NCBI GenBank assembly: GCA_008373095.1 | Contig: RQOP01000036.1 | Span: forward strand, 12,725 to 76,724 | Reading direction: 5' to 3' | DNA length: 64,000 nucleotides | Source: SAR202 cluster bacterium | GTDB taxonomy: Bacteria > Chloroflexota > Dehalococcoidia > Lucifugimonadales > UBA826 | In this document: one piece after another, positions 18,837 to 28,900 of the stretch | Position numbering within the stretch: position 1 is the first letter of the stretch | How the letters are laid out: every line of letters starts with the position of its first letter | The notes under the pieces: model-generated | Databases searched by the model: none | What the model was told of the DNA's origin: nothing | What the model saw: only the letters and a program-made list of their open reading frames with translations | Position numbers and translations under genes: made by a program

Positions 18837-18893
18837 TTTGTGGTCCTGCTAGGAGTGACTGTGTGGGGTATATACTAATTTAGTGAAGTCTGA

Positions 18894-18907
18894 GATCAAG
18901 CTTGATC
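18894..18907. promoter_or_regulatory. Perfect 14-bp palindrome in the ftsY / LysR-regulator divergent region (candidate operator)
   Basis: GATCAAGCTTGATC, read directly. It sits 58 nt upstream of ftsY and 81 nt upstream of the LysR gene. No binding factor can be assigned. Confidence 0.25.
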
Positions 18908-18987
18908 ATTTTGATATCTATATGGTTCCTACAAATAATGTACACTATTATGTATCAAGATTTCGAATAAGGTGATATTTTACCCCC

Positions 18988-19869
18988 ATGGAACTAAGAG
19001 AACTAAAAAGTTTTGTAACCGCCGCTAAATTGAGAAGTATTTCCAAAGCTGCTAAGGAATTAAACATAGGCCAGCCTACCGTTACTACCCACATTAAAAA
19101 ATTGGAGAGGGAGCTTTCGGTTCCTCTTTTTGATCGAGTAACAAGACCTATTAGGCTTACACTCACGGGTCAGACGATATACGAGCTTTCTAACCCACTG
19201 TTGGAAGGAATAGATTCGCTTTCCTCAATAATTTCCTTAGCTGAAGAAAGAGGCCCTGTAACAATCGCTTCTACCCCAGACATTATTCCGCACACTCTGT
19301 TGAATATTGTGCAGAAATTTAATGAATTATACCCGGCTGTGTACTTACGGATCCAATCTGCTAATCGAAATGAGGTCACTAACCTGGTACGAACAGGTGA
19401 AGTGGATATTGGGATAATCCAACATCCTGAAAGAGGGGATGATCTGAGTTTTGAACCCTTGTTCCTTTATGAGCGAGTTTTAATAGCACCGAAAGGTCAC
19501 GAACTTTTATCCATGGATATACAGTCTTTGGAGCCCATCGCCAGGTACCCTTTAATTTTAATGGCTAGAGGTACTTATACACGCACTATATTAGAGGAAC
19601 AATTGCAGAAAGATGCCCTCAAATACGAAGTTATTATGGAACTAGAAAGTATGGACATGATCAAGAAATATGTATCTCTTGGGATGGGAGTATCAATCGG
19701 ACCAAGACTGGCTATAGACGAAGATGACTTATCTAAACTGGGGATGGTTTCACTTGCCAATTTTCTACCAGTTGACCAAGCTGGGATTCTGACCCTTCCC
19801 GGAAAGAATATTTCTGATCCAGCAGAGAAATTCATGACCGTTATGAGGAAGATGCTGAATCATAAATAA
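18988..19869 (+). CDS. LysR-family transcriptional regulator
   Basis: 293-aa ORF. N-terminal wHTH LRELKSFVTAAKLRSISKAAKELNIGQPTVTTHIKKLERELSVPLFDR followed by a periplasmic-binding-like effector domain. Confidence 0.9.
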   Translation: MELRELKSFVTAAKLRSISKAAKELNIGQPTVTTHIKKLERELSVPLFDRVTRPIRLTLTGQTIYELSNPLLEGIDSLSSIISLAEERGPVTIASTPDIIPHTLLNIVQKFNELYPAVYLRIQSANRNEVTNLVRTGEVDIGIIQHPERGDDLSFEPLFLYERVLIAPKGHELLSMDIQSLEPIARYPLILMARGTYTRTILEEQLQKDALKYEVIMELESMDMIKKYVSLGMGVSIGPRLAIDEDDLSKLGMVSLANFLPVDQAGILTLPGKNISDPAEKFMTVMRKMLNHK

Positions 19870-20871
19870 TTATTGTATCTGACCTACCAAGGTGGCTGTG
19901 ACTAACTGCCTGTGGTCGTATAAAGGTCTGTTGGAGCAGGTTACCAATACAATTTTTTCATTCCCGGGGTCATAAAGTTTTAACTCTGACTCATGAACTA
20001 CCTCGGATTGTGTCGCTTGATATACAAGCTGTTTCCCTGATTTTTCCAGGGAAATCAACACTTTATTACCGTTCAGTAGGTGCTCAGCAATTTCGGGTAA
20101 GTCATGAAATACGTTTCCTTCTCCCTTTATAGGACTTTCAAGATGTCCGAAATACCAGCCTTTAAAGCTGTCAGATTCTTCAGGGGATGAAGGTATACGC
20201 CCAACTAAATTTTTTGGGGTTTCGTAAACTTTGCGTCCGTCTTTTTCAACAACCTCTAAATTTTCCACTGGAGCTGTCAAGCCCAAGATTGGGATAGAAA
20301 TTTTTTCTGGTAGGCCTGAGATTAACTCCACCGTAATATCTGATTTATCTATCAGGTCTAGATTAAAATCGTCAAAGTTATCTAATTGGTCATTAATGTC
20401 GTCAGGTAAGAGCCAATCATGGTCTGACCAGCTTTTTGGGGCTATATTTTTCAGGAAACTATCATTTCCGTAACCTTCCAGAAGTTTCGAGAAATTTTCT
20501 ACCTCAGTTTCTACCTCAGATTGTTCGTTTTCTAAAGTAATTTCTGGTTTTATTGGCGGAACAGATTCCTCAGAGGAAATAACTGTCACAGCCGTTTTAG
20601 AGGATTCCTTATCTATCACTTGGGGTGTCACATTATCATTCGGTGCGGCACTTAGTGGGAGTGGAATATTTATAGGGGGTTTTTTATATTCGACGTTTAG
20701 AGATTGAAGTTCGGTTGGTGTCGTTCTGATTGAGAACCAAACTATCGTAACGGTTACAATGATCAATATACCCGCCGATACTAATAAGATGCCGCTAAGT
20801 TTCCCAATATTCGGACCGTTATTTGGAGATGTATGAGATGAACTGGTCATGCTTAGTGTCCTGTTGTACAC
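19870..20871 (-). CDS. Membrane-anchored sortase-like transpeptidase
   Basis: 333-aa ORF with an N-terminal TM helix (ILLVSAGILIIVTVTIVWF) and an acidic linker. The C-terminal ~150 aa carry sortase-like His (YFGHLESP...VFHDL), VLVTCS (TLxTC-like) and a downstream Arg (HRQLV). 20871 is GTG; an ATG at 20850 preceded by AGGA is an alternative start. Confidence 0.55.
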   Translation of the reverse strand: MYNRTLSMTSSSHTSPNNGPNIGKLSGILLVSAGILIIVTVTIVWFSIRTTPTELQSLNVEYKKPPINIPLPLSAAPNDNVTPQVIDKESSKTAVTVISSEESVPPIKPEITLENEQSEVETEVENFSKLLEGYGNDSFLKNIAPKSWSDHDWLLPDDINDQLDNFDDFNLDLIDKSDITVELISGLPEKISIPILGLTAPVENLEVVEKDGRKVYETPKNLVGRIPSSPEESDSFKGWYFGHLESPIKGEGNVFHDLPEIAEHLLNGNKVLISLEKSGKQLVYQATQSEVVHESELKLYDPGNEKIVLVTCSNRPLYDHRQLVTATLVGQIQ

Positions 20872-20894
20872 CTTCTATGGTACAGCAGTGACAT

Positions 20895-20926
20895 AAAAAA
20901 AGCCCTCCAATTTGGAGGGCTTTTTT
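20895..20926 (-). terminator. Rho-independent terminator (bidirectional architecture)
   Basis: GC-rich 8-bp stem AGCCCTCC/GGAGGGCT (20901..20908 and 20914..20921) with a 5-nt loop. It is flanked by an A7 run and a T6 run and lies 22 nt downstream of the 71-aa gene. Confidence 0.85.
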
Positions 20927-20947
20927 CATTCGGTAGTTTTACCTTTG

Positions 20948-21163
20948 TTATCTCATTCTTGGCGAATGTGAGGCTCCACTAGCAATAGGTTCGTTCAAAT
21001 ATACATCACCGTTTCGGATTTTGATATTGAATCCGCAATCAGGGTCGCTACAGACCCATGCCTTGTAATGAATAGGTGCTCCTTGGCTACCAAAATCAGA
21101 TAGCGGCAGCAAGTTGCCATTACCATCACAAGCTTTACATTCAGGATACGAATACTCGGACAT
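20948..21163 (-). CDS. Small Cys-rich (zinc-ribbon-like) protein, function unknown
   Basis: 71-aa ORF with CKAC...(31 aa)...CSDPDC spacing. Preceded by a strong SD (GAAAAGAGGAGAAATA-ATG) and followed by a strong terminator. Confidence 0.5.
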   Translation of the reverse strand: MSEYSYPECKACDGNGNLLPLSDFGSQGAPIHYKAWVCSDPDCGFNIKIRNGDVYLNEPIASGASHSPRMR

Positions 21164-21264
21164 TATTTCTCCTCTTTTCCACCGCCCTTCGGTGTTTTAA
21201 TTGGGAAATTATAACAGGATTGTGACAAATTTAACAACCGCAAAATGCTTCTGGAATATTAATT

Positions 21265-22134
21265 TTATGACTGAAATATTTGTGAATTTGAGCCTATCAA
21301 ATTTTTAAAATTAGTTTCTAAAATAGACTTCATTTGGCTTTGGGTTAGCGAGTTTTTCTTTAAGTCTTGAAGAACTCTCTTTGGAGCTATGACTGGATAA
21401 TCGCTTCCAAATAATATTTTTTCAACGCCAACAAGATTTATCACATCTGAAAAAATTCCGGAACCGTACAAAAATGGAGAGGCTGCCGAGTCATAATATA
21501 CGTTTTTGAAAGCCGCTTTAATTTCAGGCATTAATTCGTAAAAGGGCAATCCTCCACCCCAATGAGCCAAGACTATTTTGTTGTTTGGAAAATTGTTGAC
21601 TAAGGTCTCAATCATCTTGATATTTGAATCACCTTTTCCGGGATACTGATGTCCGACAGGCTCTGAGCAATGTATAAATATAGGTAGGTCATTGAATTCA
21701 AGAAGGTTCATATATTCTGACATCAGCGCCTTGTCTCCCAAATCAAAATTTTGGAATGCGGCATGTACTTCACCAAATCCGTAGGCTCCCAGTTCGAGGC
21801 ATCTTTGGGCCTCCTGTAAGCCTAGTTTTTTGGAAGATGGATTTATACCTGTAAACGGATAAATTCGCTCCGGATATCTGAGTGAACTTTCTACAATGTA
21901 ATCATTCACATGTGAGTTTAGACCATTGTCTTTCCATCCCATCCCCAACACAGCAGCGCTTGATATTTCGTGTTGATCCATTGTGGTGATCAATGTTTCT
22001 GCAGTCGCCATGGTCGAATTCTTTGCTGTGAATAGAGTTTTGAAAGTTAAATCTTTATCGGCGTAGTGATCCTTTCTTTTAATGATATCGGGGGGGAGAA
22101 TATGAGTGTGGCTGTCTATTATCATGAAATACAC
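21265..22134 (-). CDS. Amidohydrolase-family metal-dependent hydrolase (TIM barrel, amidohydrolase_2-like)
   Basis: 289-aa ORF. N-terminal IIDSHTHILPP metal-binding HxH, internal FIHCSEP and LAHWGGG, and C-terminal FGSDYP. Confidence 0.75.
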   Translation of the reverse strand: MYFMIIDSHTHILPPDIIKRKDHYADKDLTFKTLFTAKNSTMATAETLITTMDQHEISSAAVLGMGWKDNGLNSHVNDYIVESSLRYPERIYPFTGINPSSKKLGLQEAQRCLELGAYGFGEVHAAFQNFDLGDKALMSEYMNLLEFNDLPIFIHCSEPVGHQYPGKGDSNIKMIETLVNNFPNNKIVLAHWGGGLPFYELMPEIKAAFKNVYYDSAASPFLYGSGIFSDVINLVGVEKILFGSDYPVIAPKRVLQDLKKNSLTQSQMKSILETNFKNLIGSNSQIFQS

Positions 22135-22279
22135 CGTTGATACTTAAAGTAAATGTTCTCTGTTCATTCGTAGCAAGTGTTTATTTGTAAGGATACAATG
22201 TGCTGCAGAATAGCAAAATTTCCAGCATTGGGAATGATCTTGAAATCTAAATACGGGAAATGTTTTAAAGGGGATTTAA

Positions 22280-23320
22280 ATGAAGGCAGTTTACTTTACT
22301 GAGCATGGCGGTCCTGAGGTACTGCAATATGGAGACTTACCAGAACCGATTCCCAGTGCAAATGAGGTTAAAATCAAGGTAAGAGCATGCGCACTTAATC
22401 GATTGGATGTATATACCAGAGCAGGTGTTCGTGGGACTAAGATGGATCTTAAGGAACCACATGTACTGGGTGCGGATGTCTCCGGTGAAATTGTAGAAGT
22501 TGGATCTGATGTGACTAAGGTCTCAGTAGGTGATCGGGTCGTAGTGAACCCGCGGATTACTTGTATGCAGTGTACTTATTGTCAGTCGAATCAAAGCGAA
22601 TACTGCGATAAGGCAGGTATGGTTGGATCAGGGAAGAGGGGAGGATACGCAGAATTTGCTGTAGTACCTGCCTCCAGTGCATTTCCGATACCAACTTCCT
22701 TGAGTTATGTTCAGGCAGCTTCGTTGCCAACTGTATTCATGCCAAGTTGGAATATTTTGATTCGGAGGTCAAACCTCAAGCCATGGGAAACAGCATTGGT
22801 GCCCTCCGCTTCTAGTGGAGTTGGTACTGCTGCTATACAAGTGGCCAAAAATGTAGCTAAATCGACGGTTATCACGACTACCAGTACCCCTGAAAAGGCA
22901 AATAAAGCATCTGCTTTGGGGGCAGATCATGTTATCAACTACAAATCAGAAGATGTATCAGCGCGATTGAAGGAGATAACTGGGGGAAAGGGAGTTGATG
23001 TTGTGATAGATCATGTTGGAACGGACATATGGAATGCCGCAAACAGACGACTTGCTAAGGGTGCACGATACGGCATTTGCGGTGTAACTTCTGGTTATAA
23101 GGCGGAGTTACAGATGGGGGCAATGTTTACAAGCCACTTAACAATGTTTGGAGTATTTATGGGACGGAGTGAAGATCTGGAACAAATTATTTACCATGCG
23201 GGGCAAGGGAACATAAAAGGGGTGGTGGACTCAGAATATTCTTTGGAGGATGCAAGAAGAGCTCATGAAGATATGGAGGGTTTAGATTTCTTCGGGAAAC
23301 TTGTTTTAACCGTCGATTAA
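22280..23320 (+). CDS. Zinc-type medium-chain dehydrogenase/reductase (alcohol dehydrogenase / quinone oxidoreductase family)
   Basis: 346-aa ORF. Motifs: GADVSGEIVEVGSDV, a structural-Zn Cys cluster CMQCTYCQSNQSEYC and a Rossmann segment SASSGVGTAAIQVAK. Confidence 0.85.
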   Translation: MKAVYFTEHGGPEVLQYGDLPEPIPSANEVKIKVRACALNRLDVYTRAGVRGTKMDLKEPHVLGADVSGEIVEVGSDVTKVSVGDRVVVNPRITCMQCTYCQSNQSEYCDKAGMVGSGKRGGYAEFAVVPASSAFPIPTSLSYVQAASLPTVFMPSWNILIRRSNLKPWETALVPSASSGVGTAAIQVAKNVAKSTVITTTSTPEKANKASALGADHVINYKSEDVSARLKEITGGKGVDVVIDHVGTDIWNAANRRLAKGARYGICGVTSGYKAELQMGAMFTSHLTMFGVFMGRSEDLEQIIYHAGQGNIKGVVDSEYSLEDARRAHEDMEGLDFFGKLVLTVD

Positions 23321-23398
23321 ATTGATAGTTTGGTCACCATATGGAAGTGGGAGGCTAGGTAGCCAGTCTCCACACTTGATGGCAGCCAAACTGTCAAT
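23321..23398. repeat. 78-nt intergenic element bounded by 13-nt terminal inverted repeats
   Basis: ATTGATAGTTTGG (23321..23333) pairs with CCAAACTGTCAAT (23386..23398) with 12 Watson-Crick pairs and one G-U. The arms abut the stop codons of both convergent genes. The interior contains further partial pairings (GTGGGAG/TCTCCAC). Confidence 0.4.
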
Positions 23399-24412
23399 TT
23401 AGTCTCTAGTTGCTAGAGACCGAATTTCAACACTAGACCTGACTTCCGGATTGACTAGCGACATAGGCCAAGATCCTTTCAGCAATCGAGCGGCCTCCTG
23501 ACCAACCTGTACTTGAGCCGCGACTATCGCCCTGTTTGAAGTCCCAGCTGAGTGTGGTGTGACCATGACATTGTCCATATGAAATAATGGATTGTCTGTC
23601 GTCGGCTCAATATCGAAAACATCGAGGCCGGCTCCTGCGAATTGTTTATTTTCTAGTGCCTTTATTAACGCTTCTTCATCAACGGTACTTCCTCTGCATG
23701 TATTGATGAAATAAGCGGTTGGTTTCATCGCGGAGAAGAAATCAGCACCTACTAAATGCCTAGTTTGATTGTTTAGTGGCGTATGCATGGAAACGAAATC
23801 AGATCTCGACGCAAGTTCTTTAAGAGAGCTGACCAATTCCACTCGATATTCTCGCGCTATCCAAGGCTGAACATAGGGGTCATATGCGATAACATCCATT
23901 CCGAGGGCCTGTGCTTTTCTGGCAACAGCTCTTCCTATATTACCTAATGATACAAGTCCAAGCGTTTGGTCTGTGACAGGCACCATATTAGCAATAACAA
24001 GGCCAGTTTCAGAGCCCCATTTACCAGCTTTCGTGAGATCATTCAGTACGGTTAGTTTTTTTGCACAAGATAATATGAACATTATCGCGTGGTTTGAAAC
24101 TTCTTCGGTGCAAAAACCCGCTGTATTTACTACCATAACGGAATTTTCAGTAGCTGATTCATGGTCAATATGGTTAAATCCATGACCAAAACTGACTATT
24201 GCTTGTGCGGAATCTATTTCATCTATCACTGTGTTAGGCATCGGGACGCCTTGATTGATTATTACATCAGCCCCTTTCACTGCCTCTATGGTTTCACCTT
24301 CACTTTGACATACATAAGTGTCAAATTCACAATCAATTCCTTCCAGTTGTTGTTCTACCAGGCTGGTCTCAGCTGTACTTCTGGATATCATAGCCACCTT
24401 TAATTTACTCAT
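23399..24412 (-). CDS. D-isomer-specific 2-hydroxyacid dehydrogenase family protein
   Basis: 337-aa ORF. NAD fold GLVSLGNIGRAVARKAQALGMDVIAYDP and catalytic-region motifs NTCRGSTVDE and TPHSAG. Confidence 0.85.
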   Translation of the reverse strand: MSKLKVAMISRSTAETSLVEQQLEGIDCEFDTYVCQSEGETIEAVKGADVIINQGVPMPNTVIDEIDSAQAIVSFGHGFNHIDHESATENSVMVVNTAGFCTEEVSNHAIMFILSCAKKLTVLNDLTKAGKWGSETGLVIANMVPVTDQTLGLVSLGNIGRAVARKAQALGMDVIAYDPYVQPWIAREYRVELVSSLKELASRSDFVSMHTPLNNQTRHLVGADFFSAMKPTAYFINTCRGSTVDEEALIKALENKQFAGAGLDVFDIEPTTDNPLFHMDNVMVTPHSAGTSNRAIVAAQVQVGQEAARLLKGSWPMSLVNPEVRSSVEIRSLATRD

Positions 24413-24469
24413 AGCTTCCTCCTGATTTTTTTGATTGACCCTTCTGTGAGTTTTTTAGATATCGAGCAA

Positions 24470-25927
24470 CTAATAAGTACTTGCGGACCTAGGCAATGTA
24501 GATGACCCCATCAAATACTGGTCTACTCCACGTGCGGCCTCCCGGCCTTCGGCCAGAGCCCAAACCACTAATGACTGACCTCTTGACATATCTCCGGCGG
24601 CGAAAACCCCTGGGGTGTTTGTCATTTTGTTTTCGTCGGTTACCACATTCCCACGTCCGTCCAATTCTATTCCAGCATCACTTAGCATTCCTTCATGTTC
24701 AGGATGTAGAAACCCCATGGCTAAAAGTACGAGATCAGCTTCTAGTTCGAATTCACTTCCTTCGGTTTCAATCATTTTTGGGCGACCACCTTCATCTGGT
24801 TCGCCCCACTCCAACCTGACTCCATGTAATTTTTTCAATTGGCCATTTTCACCAGTAAATTTCTTCGTAAGAATGTTGTAGTCTCTGAGCCCTCCTTCTT
24901 CATGAGATGAAGAAGTTCTTAGAGTCATTGGCCAATTGGGCCACATGTCCTCCTCTTGTCTCTCCGTTGGAGGTTGTGGTAATAATTCGAGTTGGTGGAC
25001 TATTTCGGCTCCTTGACGATGGGCGGTGCCAAGACAATCTGAACCGGTATCTCCCCCTCCTAGAATCACCACTCTTTTCCCTTCGGCTGATATTCTTTCT
25101 GATGGGTCGATACTACCGCCGCTGTTGATTTTATTTTGCTGGGTTAGAAAATCCATTGCAAAATGAACTCCATTCAGGTCTCTTCCATCCACTGGTAGAT
25201 TCCTTGGGATGGTTGATCCTCCGGTCAATACGACCGCGTCATTCTCGTCAATCAGATTTTTTATTGGAATATCTTTTCCAATGTAGGCATTGGTTATGAA
25301 GGTGATTCCTTCAGCTTCCATTTGATCTACCCGTCTTTGTACAACTTTCTTCTCTAATTTAAAGTCGGGGATTCCTAGTCTTAAAAGGCCGCCAACCCTA
25401 TCATTTTTTTCATAAACGATGACTTCGTGACCTGCCCTGTTTAGCTGTTGGGCCGAAGCCAAACCAGCTGGGCCAGATCCAACCACGGCTACCTTTTTGC
25501 CTGTGCGTGTTTCCGGTGGAGAGGGATTTATCCATCCCTCCCGCCAACCTCTATCTACGATTTCTTTTTCGATATATTCAATGGTTACAGGATCTTCGTT
25601 TATGTTAAGTACACATGATGCCTCGCAAGGAGCCGGGCATATTCTGCCAGTAAAGTCGGGAAAATTGTTTGTAGAATGCAGTTCTTTCAGTGCTTCTTCC
25701 CATTTGCCCTTATATACCAGGTCGTTAAAATCCGGGATAATGTTTCCCAGAGGGCACCCACCCATACAAAAGGGTACCGCGCAGTTCATGCATCTGCTTC
25801 CTTGGTCTTGAGCATCTTTTTCGTCCCATTCTTTATAAAATTCGTCATAGTTACCCAATCTAAGAGATATGGGGAACCTATCTGGTGTTGATCTCTTGAA
25901 TTCTTTGAAACCTGTTGGTTTACCCAT
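24470..25927 (-). CDS. gltD: Glutamate synthase (NADPH) small subunit
   Basis: 485-aa ORF. N-terminal Fe-S Cys motifs (CMNCAVPFCMGGCP, CPAPCEASC) and an FAD/NAD fold VAVVGSGPAGLASAQQL. Lies 3 nt downstream of gltB. Confidence 0.9.
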   Translation of the reverse strand: MGKPTGFKEFKRSTPDRFPISLRLGNYDEFYKEWDEKDAQDQGSRCMNCAVPFCMGGCPLGNIIPDFNDLVYKGKWEEALKELHSTNNFPDFTGRICPAPCEASCVLNINEDPVTIEYIEKEIVDRGWREGWINPSPPETRTGKKVAVVGSGPAGLASAQQLNRAGHEVIVYEKNDRVGGLLRLGIPDFKLEKKVVQRRVDQMEAEGITFITNAYIGKDIPIKNLIDENDAVVLTGGSTIPRNLPVDGRDLNGVHFAMDFLTQQNKINSGGSIDPSERISAEGKRVVILGGGDTGSDCLGTAHRQGAEIVHQLELLPQPPTERQEEDMWPNWPMTLRTSSSHEEGGLRDYNILTKKFTGENGQLKKLHGVRLEWGEPDEGGRPKMIETEGSEFELEADLVLLAMGFLHPEHEGMLSDAGIELDGRGNVVTDENKMTNTPGVFAAGDMSRGQSLVVWALAEGREAARGVDQYLMGSSTLPRSASTY

Positions 25928-25930
25928 TAA

Positions 25931-28900
25931 CTAATATCGCCCTGTTTCTAATTTATTTTTTTTCTGCGAGAAGCGTTTGTAGTCTCGTGGCATTACTTTC
26001 ACGAATTTGCCCAAGCTATCGTCCCAGTTTTCTAGTATACGCGCAGCATTTTGGCTACCAGTTTGAGTTTTATGTTTTTCTATGAGCCTTTTCAAATTGG
26101 CTATGTCGTCATCTGCTGTTACTGGGTCTAAATCTACCAACCCTTTATTGCAGAGAGATTCAAAATCTCCCAACTCATCTAGAACATAAGCCTCTCCCCC
26201 GCTCATTCCAGCTGCAAAATTTCTTCCGGTAGGTCCTAAAACTACTACCTTGCCTCTTGTCATATATTCGCATCCGTGGTCGCCTACTCCTTCTACAACT
26301 GTTTCCGCCCCACTATTTCTGACAGCAAATCTTTCACCGGCTATTCCTCTTATGAAAACTTGCCCTCCAGTAGCGCCATACAACGCTACATTCCCAATAA
26401 TTATGTTTTCTTCAGGAATAAACTTTGATTTAATCGGAGGCTCTATTGTTACGTGTCCCCCAGAAAGCCCTTTACAAAAGTAGTCGTTTGCATCTCCCTT
26501 TAGGTGTATGGATATACCTTTGCTGAGGAAAGCCGCAAAACTCTGCCCCCCTGAACCTTCAAAATCTAATTTTATGGTTTCATTAGGCAGCCCATTTTCA
26601 CCATATGCTTTCGCGATTTTATGACTTAAAGTAGTCCCTACGGTTCTATGCGAATTGTTAATGTTTTTGCTTATCGTGACTTTGGATGAATTTTTTAAAG
26701 CTTCGTCAGCTTCTTTTATTAAAATGTTGTCTAATGCCTTTTCTAATCCATGGTCTTGGCTTGTAACGCAATACCTAGCTACCCCTTCTGGAACCTCAGG
26801 CATGTGGAGGAGATGAGACAACTCTAATCCGTTAGTCTTCCAATGATCAATTGCTGCTCTGGAATCCAGTAGATCTACCCTTCCAATCATCTCATTGACT
26901 GTTTTTAATCCTAGATCCGCCATTATTTGTCTTAAGTGTTCAGCTATGAAGAAAAAGTAGTTGATCACGTGTTCTGGTTGACCCGCGAATTTCTTGCGAA
27001 GTTCTGGGTCCTGAGTGGCAATTCCAACTGAACAAGTATTCAGATGGCATTTTCGTAACATTATGCATCCCATCGATATTAGAGGTCCTGTTGCAAGGCC
27101 AAATTCTTCAGCACCTAGTAGGCAGGCTATAGCCACATCTCGTCCCGTCTTTATTTGACCATCCGTTTGAACAACTATTCTTCCTCTCAGATCGTTCATT
27201 ACTAGGACTTGTTGTGTTTCTGCGACTCCTAACTCCCATGGCAACCCTGCGTGCTTAATAGAGGATTCTGGAGAGGCTCCTGTGCCACCGCTGTGTCCAC
27301 TTATTAGAACTACATCACCATGTCCTTTTGAAACTCCGGCTGCAATCGTTCCGACTCCTGACTCAGCGACAAGTTTTACATGGATGCGAGCTTCCGGGTT
27401 AGAACTCTTGAGATCATGGATAAGTTGGGCAAGATCTTCTATAGAGTAAATATCATGATGCGGGGGAGGTGATATAAGCTCCACGCCTGGTGTGGAATTT
27501 CTTACTCCACCGATATAATCGTCAACTTTGTGTCCAGGTAACTGTCCACCTTCACCTGGTTTTGCACCTTGGGCCATTTTTATTTGTAGATCTTTTGCAT
27601 TGGATAAATAATTTATCGTTACTCCGAATCGGCCTGAGGCCACCTGTTTTACCGCACTATTTCTAGAGTCGCCGTTATCGTCAAGTACATACCTAGCGGA
27701 GTCTTCTCCACCTTCACCTGTATTGCTTCTTGCTTGAATACGATTCATCGCAATAGCCATGGTTTCGTGGGCTTCCCGACTTATAGAACCCAATGAAATT
27801 GCGCCTGTAGCAAACCGTTTTACTATTTCTGAAGCAGCTTCCACCTCATCTATAGATATGGGGTTGTGTGTATATTTGAAATCTAACAGACCCCTAATGG
27901 TACTTAGTCTCTTACTCTCATCATCTACGTGTTTAGCAAATTCTTCATATGAATGCCAACTGTTGGTTTTAACAGCGTGCTGTAATGAGGATATTGTGGT
28001 TGGATTCCACATATGAAATTCCCCATCCCGCCTCCACTGATACTGCCCGCCTGGGTCTATCTCTAAGGCGGCTTCAAGGTTCCTTTCTGACTTGGTATTT
28101 CCGAACCCTGCTGTATGTCGATTTACAGCTTCCATTTGGAGTTCCTGGAGCCCTATTCCCCCAACTCTAGAAGGGGTTCCCGTGAAGTATTCGTCAACTG
28201 TCTCTTGGTCTAATCCAACAGCCTCAAAAATTTGAGCGCCTCTGTAACTTTGAATAGTAGAAATGCCCATTTTAGACATTATTTTTAACACACCCTTTTG
28301 AGAGGCGATAAGAAAATTTTCGACTGCTTTTTCAGGGGTTATATCAATTAGGTATTCTTCCTTATTGATCTGGTCGGATATAGTTTCAAATGCAAGATAT
28401 GGGTTAATGGCTCCTGCCCCAAACCCAATAAGTAATCCGAAATGTGTGACTTCTCTGGCCTCTCCCGTCTCGACAACAAGGCCAACTTTGCTACGCATTC
28501 CTTTTTTTATCAGATGGTGATGAACGCCTGATGTTGCCAAAAGACTTGGTATTGGTGCTTTGTCTTCGTTAATTCCTCTGTCTGACAAAATGATGATATT
28601 GGCACCATTTTGAATAGCTACAGAAGATTGCGTTTGTATTTCCTCCATTGCCTTTTTTAGGCCGTTTGCATCAAATGGGTCAAAAACTATGTCTATGGTG
28701 ACAGAGCGTAGCCCATCTAGTGCACAAGCCCGTATTTTGGAGAGTTCTTCGTTGTTTATAACTGGTGTTTTTAGAGTTATTTGTCGGCAATGTTCTGGAG
28801 TTTCGGTGAATAGATTTCTCTCTTCACCGATGGTTGCTCTAAGCGAGGTGACCAATTCTTCCCTGATTGCATCTAAAGGAGGGTTACTAACTTGCGCAAA

